Source: a virus
Reading direction: 5' to 3' (one strand)
Virus record (IMG/VR): IMGVR_UViG_3300005764_000008
Coordinates: 1 to 41,221 of that record
Length of the DNA stretch: 41,221 bases
Part shown: one piece after another, positions 1-7,190 of the stretch
Layout of the letters: each line of letters opens with the position of its first letter
Numbering within the stretch: the stretch's first letter is position 1
Translations under genes and position numbers: made by a program
Notes under the pieces: generated by a model
Seen by the model: the letters and a program-made list of their open reading frames with translations, nothing else
Database searches by the model: none
What the model was told of the DNA's origin: nothing

Positions 1-80
1 GCGTCGTGCTGGCGTCGATGCCGCCCGAAGGCATGCTGTTCCACGACATGGCCGCGAAAGGCATTCAAGGACGGCTCGCG
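1..80. repeat. Terminal direct repeat, copy 1 (identical to 41142..41221). It is either a circular-assembly overlap or a terminal redundancy.
   Basis: Bases 1-80 match 41142-41221 letter for letter. The helicase reading frame passes through the junction without a stop. Confidence 0.95.
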
Positions 81-1007
81 GCGCGGTGCGCGTCGATTCC
101 GGATCGCGTGGCGGCAACTGTATGTTTAGTGCTAAAATCGTTTAATGACGAAAGCGCAGCGCCGCGAATATTGTCGGAAGTGGCAACAGAAAAACAAGGC
201 TTGGGTGAAGGCCTATCGGGACAAGACGCGGGATCGTCGCAATGCTCGACGTCGCCATTTATACAAGCGGGACGAATGGCGAAGGAAGGAAGCGTGCGCA
301 CAAGCGACAGCTTACGCGAAGGCGCATCCGAGAGCGAAGAAACGCGACAGCATCAAACGCTACGGCCTGACACTGGAACAATTCGATGCGATGCTAATAG
401 CGCAGAAACGGCGCTGCGCGATTTGTGGCCTGCCGCAATCGCGGAAGATTTTTCCTTACGTGGATCATTGTCACCGGACGGGCAAGGTGAGAGGGTTGCT
501 CTGCATCAACTGCAATCATGGTATCGGGAAGTTTCGCGACGATACCAACTTGCTCGCGAAGGCGATCGCCTACCTAAATTTATCATCTGGTGCGGGCTCA
601 ATACCGAACAGGACGAACTTGCGCGCATCTTCGGCGACTGGTGCGTAAGCGTGTCCGGACGCGATAGCAGACTGGAAAAAATAGACATGATGCGGCGGTG
701 GATGAACGACCCGAATTGCCCCATCATGCTCAGCAAGCTCAAAGTGTTAGGGTTTGGCATGAACTTCCAGCATTGCCATCAGATGATCTGCGTCGGCCTC
801 GGCGACAGTTACGAGCAGTATTATCAGGGCGTGCGCCGCTGCTGGCGGTTCGGGCAGCAGCACCCCGTCGACGTGCATATTGTCGTCAGCGAAGCCGAAA
901 CTGGCGTCGTGGCGAACGTGCGGCGGAAGGAACAGGATGCGATGCTAATGGCGCAGGAACTGCTTACGCACCTGCGCGATTTCGAGCGAGAGGAGATGAG
1001 CGCGTGA
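3..1007 (+). CDS. SNF2/Rad54-like helicase, C-terminal part (continues the ORF starting at GTG 40421 across the circular junction)
   Basis: The frame is continuous with 40421..41221. C-lobe motifs present: KFIIWCGLNTEQDEL, SKLKVLGFGMNFQHC and YYQGVRRCWRFGQ (motif VI-like). The segment encoded by about 118-560 looks like an inserted linker. Confidence 0.8.
   Translation, partial: VVLASMPPEGMLFHDMAAKGIQGRLAARCASIPDRVAATVCLVLKSFNDESAAPRILSEVATEKQGLGEGLSGQDAGSSQCSTSPFIQAGRMAKEGSVRTSDSLREGASESEETRQHQTLRPDTGTIRCDANSAETALRDLWPAAIAEDFSLRGSLSPDGQGERVALHQLQSWYREVSRRYQLAREGDRLPKFIIWCGLNTEQDELARIFGDWCVSVSGRDSRLEKIDMMRRWMNDPNCPIMLSKLKVLGFGMNFQHCHQMICVGLGDSYEQYYQGVRRCWRFGQQHPVDVHIVVSEAETGVVANVRRKEQDAMLMAQELLTHLRDFEREEMSA
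118..575 (+). mobile_element. Putative homing-endonuclease insertion within the SNF2 helicase inter-lobe linker (boundaries approximate)
   Basis: Helicase-like sequence (GIQGRLAARCASIPDRVAATV) stops near 118 and resumes near 560 (LPKFIIWCGLN). The interval is filled by the Endo VII ORF in another frame. Confidence 0.45.
145..648 (+). CDS. Endonuclease VII-family (HNH/beta-beta-alpha-Me) homing-type endonuclease, nested out of frame inside the helicase gene
   Basis: Translation contains RRCAICGLP...VDHCHRTGKVRGLLCINCNHGIGKFRDD...AIAYL, the Endonuclease_7 signature. The N-terminus is basic. Local base composition is more A-rich than the flanks. The last ~25 codons overlap resumed helicase coding in another frame. 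Confidence 0.8.
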   Translation: MTKAQRREYCRKWQQKNKAWVKAYRDKTRDRRNARRRHLYKRDEWRRKEACAQATAYAKAHPRAKKRDSIKRYGLTLEQFDAMLIAQKRRCAICGLPQSRKIFPYVDHCHRTGKVRGLLCINCNHGIGKFRDDTNLLAKAIAYLNLSSGAGSIPNRTNLRASSATGA

Positions 1008-1171
1008 CGCCACAAGAACGACAAGCCGCCATCATCGAACTGCGCGACATGGCCTATGAAATGGAACGCCGCGCAATGCAGATGGATGGTGACGATTTCG
1101 AACGCGGACGCAGGACCGATCGCGCCAAGATGCTCCGCCTTATTGCTGCAGAATTGGAGTCGCAATCGTGA
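1004..1171 (+). CDS. Small hypothetical protein (55 aa), GTG start overlapping the helicase stop
   Basis: GTGA overlap with the helicase stop, and the ORF's own stop overlaps the next GTG start. The sequence looks helical and charged (RQAAIIELRDMAYEMERRAMQMDG). Confidence 0.4.
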   Translation: MTPQERQAAIIELRDMAYEMERRAMQMDGDDFERGRRTDRAKMLRLIAAELESQS

Positions 1172-2049
1172 ACGCCGTCACCGAAGGCGCGAATTGGACC
1201 CTCGTCAACGGCGATAGCTGCGAAGAACTGCCTAAACTGAACGCCGAGAGCGTGGATCTCTCAGTATATTCGCCGCCGTTCATGAGTCTCTACACCTACA
1301 GTGCCAGTGAACGTGACATCGGGAACTGCTCGTCAGACGCCGAGTTCTTCGAGCATTTCGGCTTTCTCCAGCGCGAACTCTTGCGCGTGACGAAGCCGGG
1401 TCGCTTGACATGCGTCCATGTCGCCCAAGTGCCGGCGATGCTCGCGCGTGATGGCTATATTGGCATGAAGGATTTCCGCGGACGCACGATCGAATGCTAC
1501 GAACGCAACGGCTGGATTTATCACGGTGAATGCTGCATCGACAAGGATCCACAAGCACAGGCGATCCGCACGCACTCGAAAGGGCTATTGTTCGTTCAGT
1601 TGAAGAAAGACGCCTCTTGGCTCCGACCGGCAATGGCCGACTACATTCTTGTATTTCGGAAGTCTGGCGAAAACGCCGTCGCAATTCGGCCCGATCTCAC
1701 GAATGAAGAATGGATCGAATGGGCACGCCCAATCTGGTATGGCATTCAAGAGTCGGATACGCTCCAAGTCGCTGAAGCGAGAGCGAATGACGACGAACGC
1801 CATATCTGTCCACTGCAACTCGGGACAATCGAACGCTGCGTTCGCCTCTGGTCGAATCCGGGCGAACTCGTCGTCTCACCGTTCGCCGGGATCGGGAGCG
1901 AAGGCTATGAAGCCGTGCGGCTTGGGCGACGGTTCTGGGGCTGCGAGCTCAAGGAATCGTATGCGCGTGTCGCAGTGCGCAATCTCCAGACGGCGGAAAC
2001 ACTGAAGACGCAAGGCGGACTCTTCGACGCGGCGACGGTGACGACATGA
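1168..2049 (+). CDS. DNA methyltransferase, N4-cytosine/N6-adenine family (beta-class motif order)
   Basis: Catalytic motif SPPF (DLSVYSPPFMSLY) lies N-terminal. The AdoMet motif VVSPFAGIGSEGYEAVRLGRRFWGCE lies C-terminal. Confidence 0.85.
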   Translation: MNAVTEGANWTLVNGDSCEELPKLNAESVDLSVYSPPFMSLYTYSASERDIGNCSSDAEFFEHFGFLQRELLRVTKPGRLTCVHVAQVPAMLARDGYIGMKDFRGRTIECYERNGWIYHGECCIDKDPQAQAIRTHSKGLLFVQLKKDASWLRPAMADYILVFRKSGENAVAIRPDLTNEEWIEWARPIWYGIQESDTLQVAEARANDDERHICPLQLGTIERCVRLWSNPGELVVSPFAGIGSEGYEAVRLGRRFWGCELKESYARVAVRNLQTAETLKTQGGLFDAATVTT

Positions 2050-2228
2050 CCACGATCGTCGTCTGTCCCCGCTGCGGCGTCGAATCGCTCCGCACCGCGA
2101 CGAATCATCGCAAGGTGCTGTGCCGGCATGAATTTCATGATCCGGAAGATTGCGGTGTGTGCGGCTGGTGCCGGACGGGGACGCCATGGCCACCGAAGGA
2201 TGATGATGCCACTCCCGCTCGCGATTGA
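2046..2228 (+). CDS. Small Cys-rich (Zn-ribbon-like) protein
   Basis: ATGA overlap with the methyltransferase stop. Contains CPRCG ... CRHEFH ... CGVCGWC. The 3' end overlaps the start of the next gene. Confidence 0.45.
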   Translation: MTTIVVCPRCGVESLRTATNHRKVLCRHEFHDPEDCGVCGWCRTGTPWPPKDDDATPARD

Positions 2229-2904
2229 TTTGTTCTGTGGTCTTGGAGGCTGGACGGAAGGCTTGCTCGCGGAAGGCTGGCGTGTCGCCGGCTTCGATAT
2301 CGAACGGCATGTCTATGGCCAGGCTAGGTATCCCGCGCAACTGGTGCTGCAAGACGTGCTGACGATGCACGGCTCGCAGTTCGCGTCAGCGGATCTGATC
2401 GTCGCTTCGCCGCCGTGCCAGGCGTATTCGTATCGGGCGATGCCGTGGAAGCGGGCGAAGGCGTTGCCACCACCGGATAATGCGCTGTTTAACGCGTGCT
2501 TTCGGATTCAGCGGGAAGCGATTGAGGCGGCGAATCGGTTTATTCCGCTCGTCGTCGAGAACGTGCGCGGGGCGCAGCCGTATGTCGGGCGGGCACGGTG
2601 GCATTTCGGCAGCTTCTATCTGTGGGGGGATGTGCCGGCGTTAATGCCGCCAGTTCGAGCTCGGAAGAATAATGGCGGCTCATGGTTCGCCATTGCGCAC
2701 AATACAACGAGTGGACATGGGCGGAATCCCGATGGGCGTAAGGCTCCTAGCGGAACGCAATGGTTTAACGATGGGCCGCGAACGTCAGACAGTCTCGCCA
2801 GCATGGGCGGCAAGTCTCATGCTCGCAAAGCCGCCTCCGCCCACATCGCGAAGATTCCCACCGTGCTCGCGCGGCACATTGCACGCGCATGGTATCCATG
2901 CTGA
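2200..2904 (+). CDS. DNA (cytosine-5) methyltransferase, compact phage type
   Basis: Motif I DLFCGLGG, motif IV ASPPCQAYS and motif VI VVENV. The ATG triplet run at 2200-2208 is preceded by GAAGG. The longer 2128 start looks unlikely. Confidence 0.85.
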   Translation: MMMPLPLAIDLFCGLGGWTEGLLAEGWRVAGFDIERHVYGQARYPAQLVLQDVLTMHGSQFASADLIVASPPCQAYSYRAMPWKRAKALPPPDNALFNACFRIQREAIEAANRFIPLVVENVRGAQPYVGRARWHFGSFYLWGDVPALMPPVRARKNNGGSWFAIAHNTTSGHGRNPDGRKAPSGTQWFNDGPRTSDSLASMGGKSHARKAASAHIAKIPTVLARHIARAWYPC

Positions 2905-4283
2905 CGCTCCGTCCGTATCAATCGGACCTCATTGAGCAGACCCGCGCCCTCCTACGCCAATCGACGCGCCGTGTGCTCATTACCAGCCCAACGGGCAGTG
3001 GCAAGACCTGTCTCGTTGCGCACATGCTCGCCTCCGCCGCAGCGCGCGGCAAGCGTTCGTGGTTCATCGTTCATCGTCGCGAACTGCTTGACCAGTCCGT
3101 GCGCACGTTCGTGGATGCGGCCGATCTCCACGTCGGCATTATTGCGGCCGGCTATCCGTCGGACACTCGAGCGCCCGTCCAAGTATGCGCGGTCCAATCG
3201 CTGCGCAAACGGCTGGCAAAGGTCCAACCGCCAGACCTGCTCGTCTGGGATGAGTGTCACCATCTGCCGTCGAAATCATGGTCTGACATCGCGGCCGCAT
3301 TACCCAATGCGACGCATATCGGGCTCACCGCGACCCCCGCACGTCTCGATGGCCGAGGCCTCCGGCCATTCTTCGATGCGATGGTGCGGGGCCCGTCGAC
3401 CGCGGACCTGATTCGCGATGGGTATCTGTCGCCCTATCGGTTCTACGCACCGGCGCAGTTCGATGTCTCCAAGTTGCATACGGTGGCAGGCGATTACAAC
3501 CGCGGCGAGGTCCATACGCAGATGTCGGCGTCCACGGTCGTCGGTGATGCCGTCACAACCTATCAGCGCTACGCCGACAATGGCCGCGCGCTCGTGTTCG
3601 CGTGGTCGGTGGCGGCCAGTGAAGGACTCGCGCAGGCGTTTCGTGATCGCGGCATTCCTGCTGCGCATGTCGATGGAGACACGCCCGCTGACGAACGCGC
3701 GGCGAAGATGGAGCAATTCCGCAATGGCGAAATCAACGCGCTCTGCAACTGCGAACTCTTCGGCGAAGGCCTCGATGTCCCCGCAGTTGATGCTGTCTTT
3801 CTACTGCGTCCAACACAGTCGCTTGGCTTATATCTACAGCAATGCGGACGCGGTCTCCGCACCGCAGATAGTAAAACTGTCGTGCGGGTGTTCGATCATG
3901 TGGGGAATTATCAACGCCACGGCTTACCAGACGACCTCCGGCACTGGACGCTTGACGGTCTTACAAAAACCACTCGTGAAACATCGACTCCGATTAAGCG
4001 CTGCCCGTCTTGCTTTGGCGTCGCCTCGGCGGCGAAAAAAGTCTGCCCCTACTGCCAGGCGGTCTACCCGGTCAAAGCGCGGAAAGTAGTGCAGCTGGCT
4101 GGCGACCTCTCCGAACTCGAACTCCAGTCGCTCAGGCAGCAAATGCCGCTCCTCTCGCGCGAGTGTCGGACGCTGGCGGAATTTCAGGGGCTGGCGAAAC
4201 GGCTGCACTACAAGCCAGGATGGGCGTGGATGGCGTGGCAGCGGGCGCAACGGCATCGGAGGGCCTATGCCGGCACCCACTGA
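2889..4283 (+). CDS. SF2 DEAD/DEAH-type DNA helicase (type III restriction Res-like fold) with C-terminal Zn ribbon
   Basis: LRPYQ, Walker A SPTGSGKT, motif II VWDECHH, motif III GLTATP and motif VI QQCGRGLR. C-terminal CPSC...CPYC. Confidence 0.85.
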   Translation: MVSMLTLRPYQSDLIEQTRALLRQSTRRVLITSPTGSGKTCLVAHMLASAAARGKRSWFIVHRRELLDQSVRTFVDAADLHVGIIAAGYPSDTRAPVQVCAVQSLRKRLAKVQPPDLLVWDECHHLPSKSWSDIAAALPNATHIGLTATPARLDGRGLRPFFDAMVRGPSTADLIRDGYLSPYRFYAPAQFDVSKLHTVAGDYNRGEVHTQMSASTVVGDAVTTYQRYADNGRALVFAWSVAASEGLAQAFRDRGIPAAHVDGDTPADERAAKMEQFRNGEINALCNCELFGEGLDVPAVDAVFLLRPTQSLGLYLQQCGRGLRTADSKTVVRVFDHVGNYQRHGLPDDLRHWTLDGLTKTTRETSTPIKRCPSCFGVASAAKKVCPYCQAVYPVKARKVVQLAGDLSELELQSLRQQMPLLSRECRTLAEFQGLAKRLHYKPGWAWMAWQRAQRHRRAYAGTH

Positions 4284-4656
4284 AGCCGCCATCCAGCGCG
4301 CCGTCCTGCTTGAGGCCTCGCGGCTCGGCGCATGCCTCTTCCGGAACCAAGTGGGCCTCTACGAGCTCGCCGACGGTCGGCGCCTCTCGAGCGGTCTCGC
4401 CATTGGCTCCCCCGATTGCGTCGGCTGGAAAACCGTGACCATTACGCCGGATATGGTTGGAAGGCGTCTGGCGGTCTTCGTAGGCGTCGAAGTCAAGCGG
4501 CCCGGGTGGAAGCTCAGGCCGGAACAGGCGCGCTTCCTCGCGGCGCTGGAGGCCGCCGGCGCGATTGCCGGCGTCGTCACCGACCTGACACAACTCCGGG
4601 CACTGCTGGCCACAACATCTTGTGGTTGTGCTAGCCGCGACACAGGTGTAACGTGA
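4267..4656 (+). CDS. VRR-NUC domain nuclease (PD-(D/E)xK fold)
   Basis: GSPDCVGW ... GVEVKRPGWKLRPEQARFLAALEAAG matches the VRR-NUC D...E-x-K...Q pattern. Confidence 0.7.
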   Translation: MPAPTEAAIQRAVLLEASRLGACLFRNQVGLYELADGRRLSSGLAIGSPDCVGWKTVTITPDMVGRRLAVFVGVEVKRPGWKLRPEQARFLAALEAAGAIAGVVTDLTQLRALLATTSCGCASRDTGVT

Positions 4657-4697
4657 CCGCTTACGCCGTTTCGCTTACACTATCCACACGTCGGGCG

Positions 4698-4711
4698 AGG
4701 GTGGCCACCCT
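4698..4711. promoter_or_regulatory. Perfect 14-bp palindrome AGGGTGGCCACCCT, flanked by two CTTACAC...ACGTCGG direct repeats
   Basis: Read directly. CTTACAC occurs at 4674-4680 and 4734-4740. ACGTCGG occurs at 4688-4694 and 4742-4748. The palindrome sits in the only sizeable gap of this block. It could be an operator or a hairpin. Confidence 0.4.
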
Positions 4712-4784
4712 TCGCTCCCGCGCGGCGCCTGCCTTACACAGACGTCGGCCCGACGCCCTTGTATCGCATGTAAGGAGTGATGTC

Positions 4785-4817
4785 GTGCGCACGGTCTCGT
4801 CATCAGCCCATTCGTGA
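4785..4817 (+). promoter_or_regulatory. 10-codon upstream ORF with its own Shine-Dalgarno sequence, ending in a GTGA overlap with the VirE-like start
   Basis: AAGGAG at 4772-4777, then a 7-nt spacer to GTG 4785. Its stop TGA 4815-4817 overlaps GTG 4814. The VirE-like start has no SD of its own. Confidence 0.3.
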
Positions 4818-5998
4818 GCGGCCTCTGCTGGGCCAATATCCTTGAATGCAACGACCAATCCGTCCCACGGTCGTCGCTGAGTAACGCGGTCCTCGTGCTG
4901 CAACACGACCCGCTCTTCGCGCCAGACTTGTTTTACTACGACGCATTCCTTGATCGCATTCTCGTCCGCAATAGTGCGCAACGTGAATGGCGCGACGATG
5001 ATGACGTGCGGCTCACGGTCTATCTGCAGCAAACCATTGGCATGATGACCGTGCAAAAATCCGTCGCCGCTGATGCTGCCACCTACGTCGCGCGTCAACG
5101 CCAACGGCATGCCGTGACGGATTATCTCGATACGCTCGTCTGGGATGGCACCGATCGCATCGCACATGCCTTCGAAGACTTCTGGGGTGCCGAACCATCC
5201 GCTACGCAACCCTGCGAATACTTGCGTGCGGTCAGCGCGAATTTCTTCCTCGGTCTCATCGCCCGTGTCCGTCAGCCTGGTTGCCAATTGGATAACATGG
5301 TGATTTTCGAAGGCGCGCAAGGCATTGGAAAATCGCGCGCCATGCGCGTCGTTGGTGGCGACTGGTATGCCTTAGCTGCGGAACCCGTGAGTTCGAAGGA
5401 TTTCTTTCAGGCGATTCGCGGGATTTGGCTGTTGGAAATCGGCGAAATGGATGCCTTTTCAAAAGCCGAACGCGAGCGCATCAAACTGGCGATCAGCACC
5501 CCGACCGATCGCTATCGTGCGTCATGGGGCCGGCGCGCGGAAGACCATCCACGACAGACCGTTTTTGCTGGTACAACCAATCGCGATGATTACGGCAATG
5601 ACGACACGGGACTCCGACGCTTCTGGCCCGTGCGGTGCGGCGACATCGCGATCGACAGTCTTGCCGCCATTCGTCCGCAGCTTCTTGCGGAAGCCGACGT
5701 TCGCTATCAACGCGGCGAATCGTGGTGGGACACGCCGACCGATTCGACGCTCGCGGTGCAGCGCGATCGACAGCACGATGACGTCTGGACGATGACCGTG
5801 ATGGAGTGGCTCGGCGTGCGCGACGAAGTGACGAGTGCCGATGTCCTCGTCCAAGGACTCAAGTTCCGCGAGGCCGATATCGGTCGGCTCGAGCAGAACC
5901 GTGTCGCGTCCATTCTCACGCTCAACGGCTGGCGACGGCAGACGATTCGCGTTAACGGACGTCCGGTCAAGGGCTATCGTAAAATAACGGAATTGTAA
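4814..5998 (+). CDS. VirE-like (virulence-associated protein E family) P-loop NTPase, likely a replication initiator or helicase loader
   Basis: Walker A FEGAQGIGKSRAM, Walker B-like WLLEIGEMD, plus TNRDDYGNDDTGLRRFWPV. The overall pattern is typical of phage VirE proteins. No primase domain is attached. Confidence 0.8.
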   Translation: MSGLCWANILECNDQSVPRSSLSNAVLVLQHDPLFAPDLFYYDAFLDRILVRNSAQREWRDDDDVRLTVYLQQTIGMMTVQKSVAADAATYVARQRQRHAVTDYLDTLVWDGTDRIAHAFEDFWGAEPSATQPCEYLRAVSANFFLGLIARVRQPGCQLDNMVIFEGAQGIGKSRAMRVVGGDWYALAAEPVSSKDFFQAIRGIWLLEIGEMDAFSKAERERIKLAISTPTDRYRASWGRRAEDHPRQTVFAGTTNRDDYGNDDTGLRRFWPVRCGDIAIDSLAAIRPQLLAEADVRYQRGESWWDTPTDSTLAVQRDRQHDDVWTMTVMEWLGVRDEVTSADVLVQGLKFREADIGRLEQNRVASILTLNGWRRQTIRVNGRPVKGYRKITEL

Positions 5999-6056
5999 TG
6001 GCTCTGCACATGTTATGCCATTACACGTCGGTTCGAACCGATCTTTTGCGTGCGTG

Positions 6057-6228
6057 GGTTACTTCTAAGTCGTTGATACCATTGATTGTAACCGTTGTAA
6101 CCTATGTAACCTATATATATATATATTCATGCGCGCCCACGCATAACTATAAGATCCCTCGGTTGCAACGGACACAAGGGTTACAATTCCAGTAACCGGC
6201 CTATTGTCAGCAACTTAAGTGCGTAACC
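6057..6228. repeat. Origin-like or regulatory region: seven GTAACC/GGTTAC hexamers, three 9-bp-phased TGTAACC iterons, a (TA)7 tract and an inverted repeat
   Basis: TGTAACC at 6087, 6096 and 6105. TTGAT at 6073 and 6082 in the same 9-bp phase. (TA)7 at 6112-6125. GGTTAC-N7-GTAACC at 6179-6197. GTTGCAAC palindrome at 6162-6169. This is the largest non-coding gap and lies between the replication and late blocks. Confidence 0.5.
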
Positions 6229-6229
6229 G

Positions 6230-6703
6230 ATGTCAAAAAGAGGTGAACCGATGACTCGAACCCGTCTCCTGGTGGCTCTGCTTCTCATCAGCCTCTCAGC
6301 GGTCGTTTCAGCTACCGGCTGGATTGGCCATGCTGTCGCACCGGCCTGCGACCGGTCCTACGTCTTCGCGCGGGACATCAACGGCGCGCCTGGCAACACG
6401 TTCTACTATCGGGCACATGACTGCGAGACCGTCTTCGTGGCGACCGGTGCCGCCGTTGTGCTCCCGCCGCTCGTCGGGCAGACGGCGCCGCAGACGGTCA
6501 CGGTGCTGAACATCGGCACAACCGAAGCGCTGGTCGGTGCGGGCGATGCGGTGCTTGACCCGCAGGTGACGGGCTACACGACGTCGTTTCCGCAGCTGCC
6601 GGTGTGGTCGAGCGCGACGGCAGCGATGCTGCTGCAGCCTGGCGAGCGGCGGACGTTTCGCGCGATGCCGAACAAGCTTGGGGCGACATGGTTCTCGCAG
6701 TAG
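6230..6703 (+). CDS. Hypothetical exported protein (signal-peptide-like N-terminus); first gene of the late block
   Basis: N-terminus MTRTRLLVALLLISLSAVVSATG (from the internal ATG 6251) looks like a Sec signal. No other motifs recognised. Confidence 0.6.
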   Translation: MSKRGEPMTRTRLLVALLLISLSAVVSATGWIGHAVAPACDRSYVFARDINGAPGNTFYYRAHDCETVFVATGAAVVLPPLVGQTAPQTVTVLNIGTTEALVGAGDAVLDPQVTGYTTSFPQLPVWSSATAAMLLQPGERRTFRAMPNKLGATWFSQ

Positions 6704-6722
6704 GCGCGTATACTGTCGGGCA

Positions 6723-7190
6723 ATGACGCCTTGGACTTGCACGCACTGCCAGACGGAGCAAACGACGGACACGATCTGCCAGTCGTGCGAGCGTCCGCGG
6801 TTTACCTCGTCGGCGGTGCAGATTGCGGAGCACATCCTCGAGCATCTGGCGGATGGCTGCGTCGATCAGCTTGACGTGCTGAAAGCCATGAACGCGCGGT
6901 CGTGCTATGCGCGCATCAATGGCGGGCATGGCTTCTCGCTGTCGTTCATCGCGCAGCAGATTCGATTGCTCACGAAAGACACGACGGCGATGGCGCGCGA
7001 GGTCGCTCGCGCGCGATCGGCACGGCTGATGCTCGAGGTCTGCGAGACTGGCGACAGTAAAGACAAGCTGGCTGTGCTGACGAAATGGGGACCGGACACG
7101 AACACGGAACGCGTCGACCATTCCGGCAACGTCACCAGCACGCTCGTGATTGAAACGAACAGCGGGCCGCCGCCGAAGCAGAATGGCTGA
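6723..7190 (+). CDS. Putative terminase small subunit with N-terminal Zn ribbon (called from position)
   Basis: Lies immediately upstream of the large terminase, and its stop overlaps that gene's start (ATGGCTGA). N-terminal CTHC...CQSC. No family motif recognised. Confidence 0.5.
   Translation: MTPWTCTHCQTEQTTDTICQSCERPRFTSSAVQIAEHILEHLADGCVDQLDVLKAMNARSCYARINGGHGFSLSFIAQQIRLLTKDTTAMAREVARARSARLMLEVCETGDSKDKLAVLTKWGPDTNTERVDHSGNVTSTLVIETNSGPPPKQNG

Noticed and set aside
80-650. Group I intron or intein explanation for the Endo VII insertion in the helicase.
   Set aside because: The endonuclease ORF occupies nearly the whole insert, leaving no room for a ribozyme core. It is in a different frame from the helicase, so it is not an intein. 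I list this as rejected on sequence grounds only; RNA data could overturn it.
6-1007. The track ORF 6-1007 taken as an independent 333-aa gene starting at GTG 6.
   Set aside because: Its first ~38 codons duplicate or continue the helicase ORF that runs off the other end of the window. It is the 3' part of one gene split by linearisation of a circular contig.
5999-6229. A tRNA or other small RNA gene in the intergenic gaps (also 4657-4813, 28621-28743 and 32951-33043).
   Set aside because: I could not fold any of these into a cloverleaf with acceptor/T-arm features, and saw no GTTCRANNC-type T-loop. This was done by eye only; tRNAscan-SE would be decisive.
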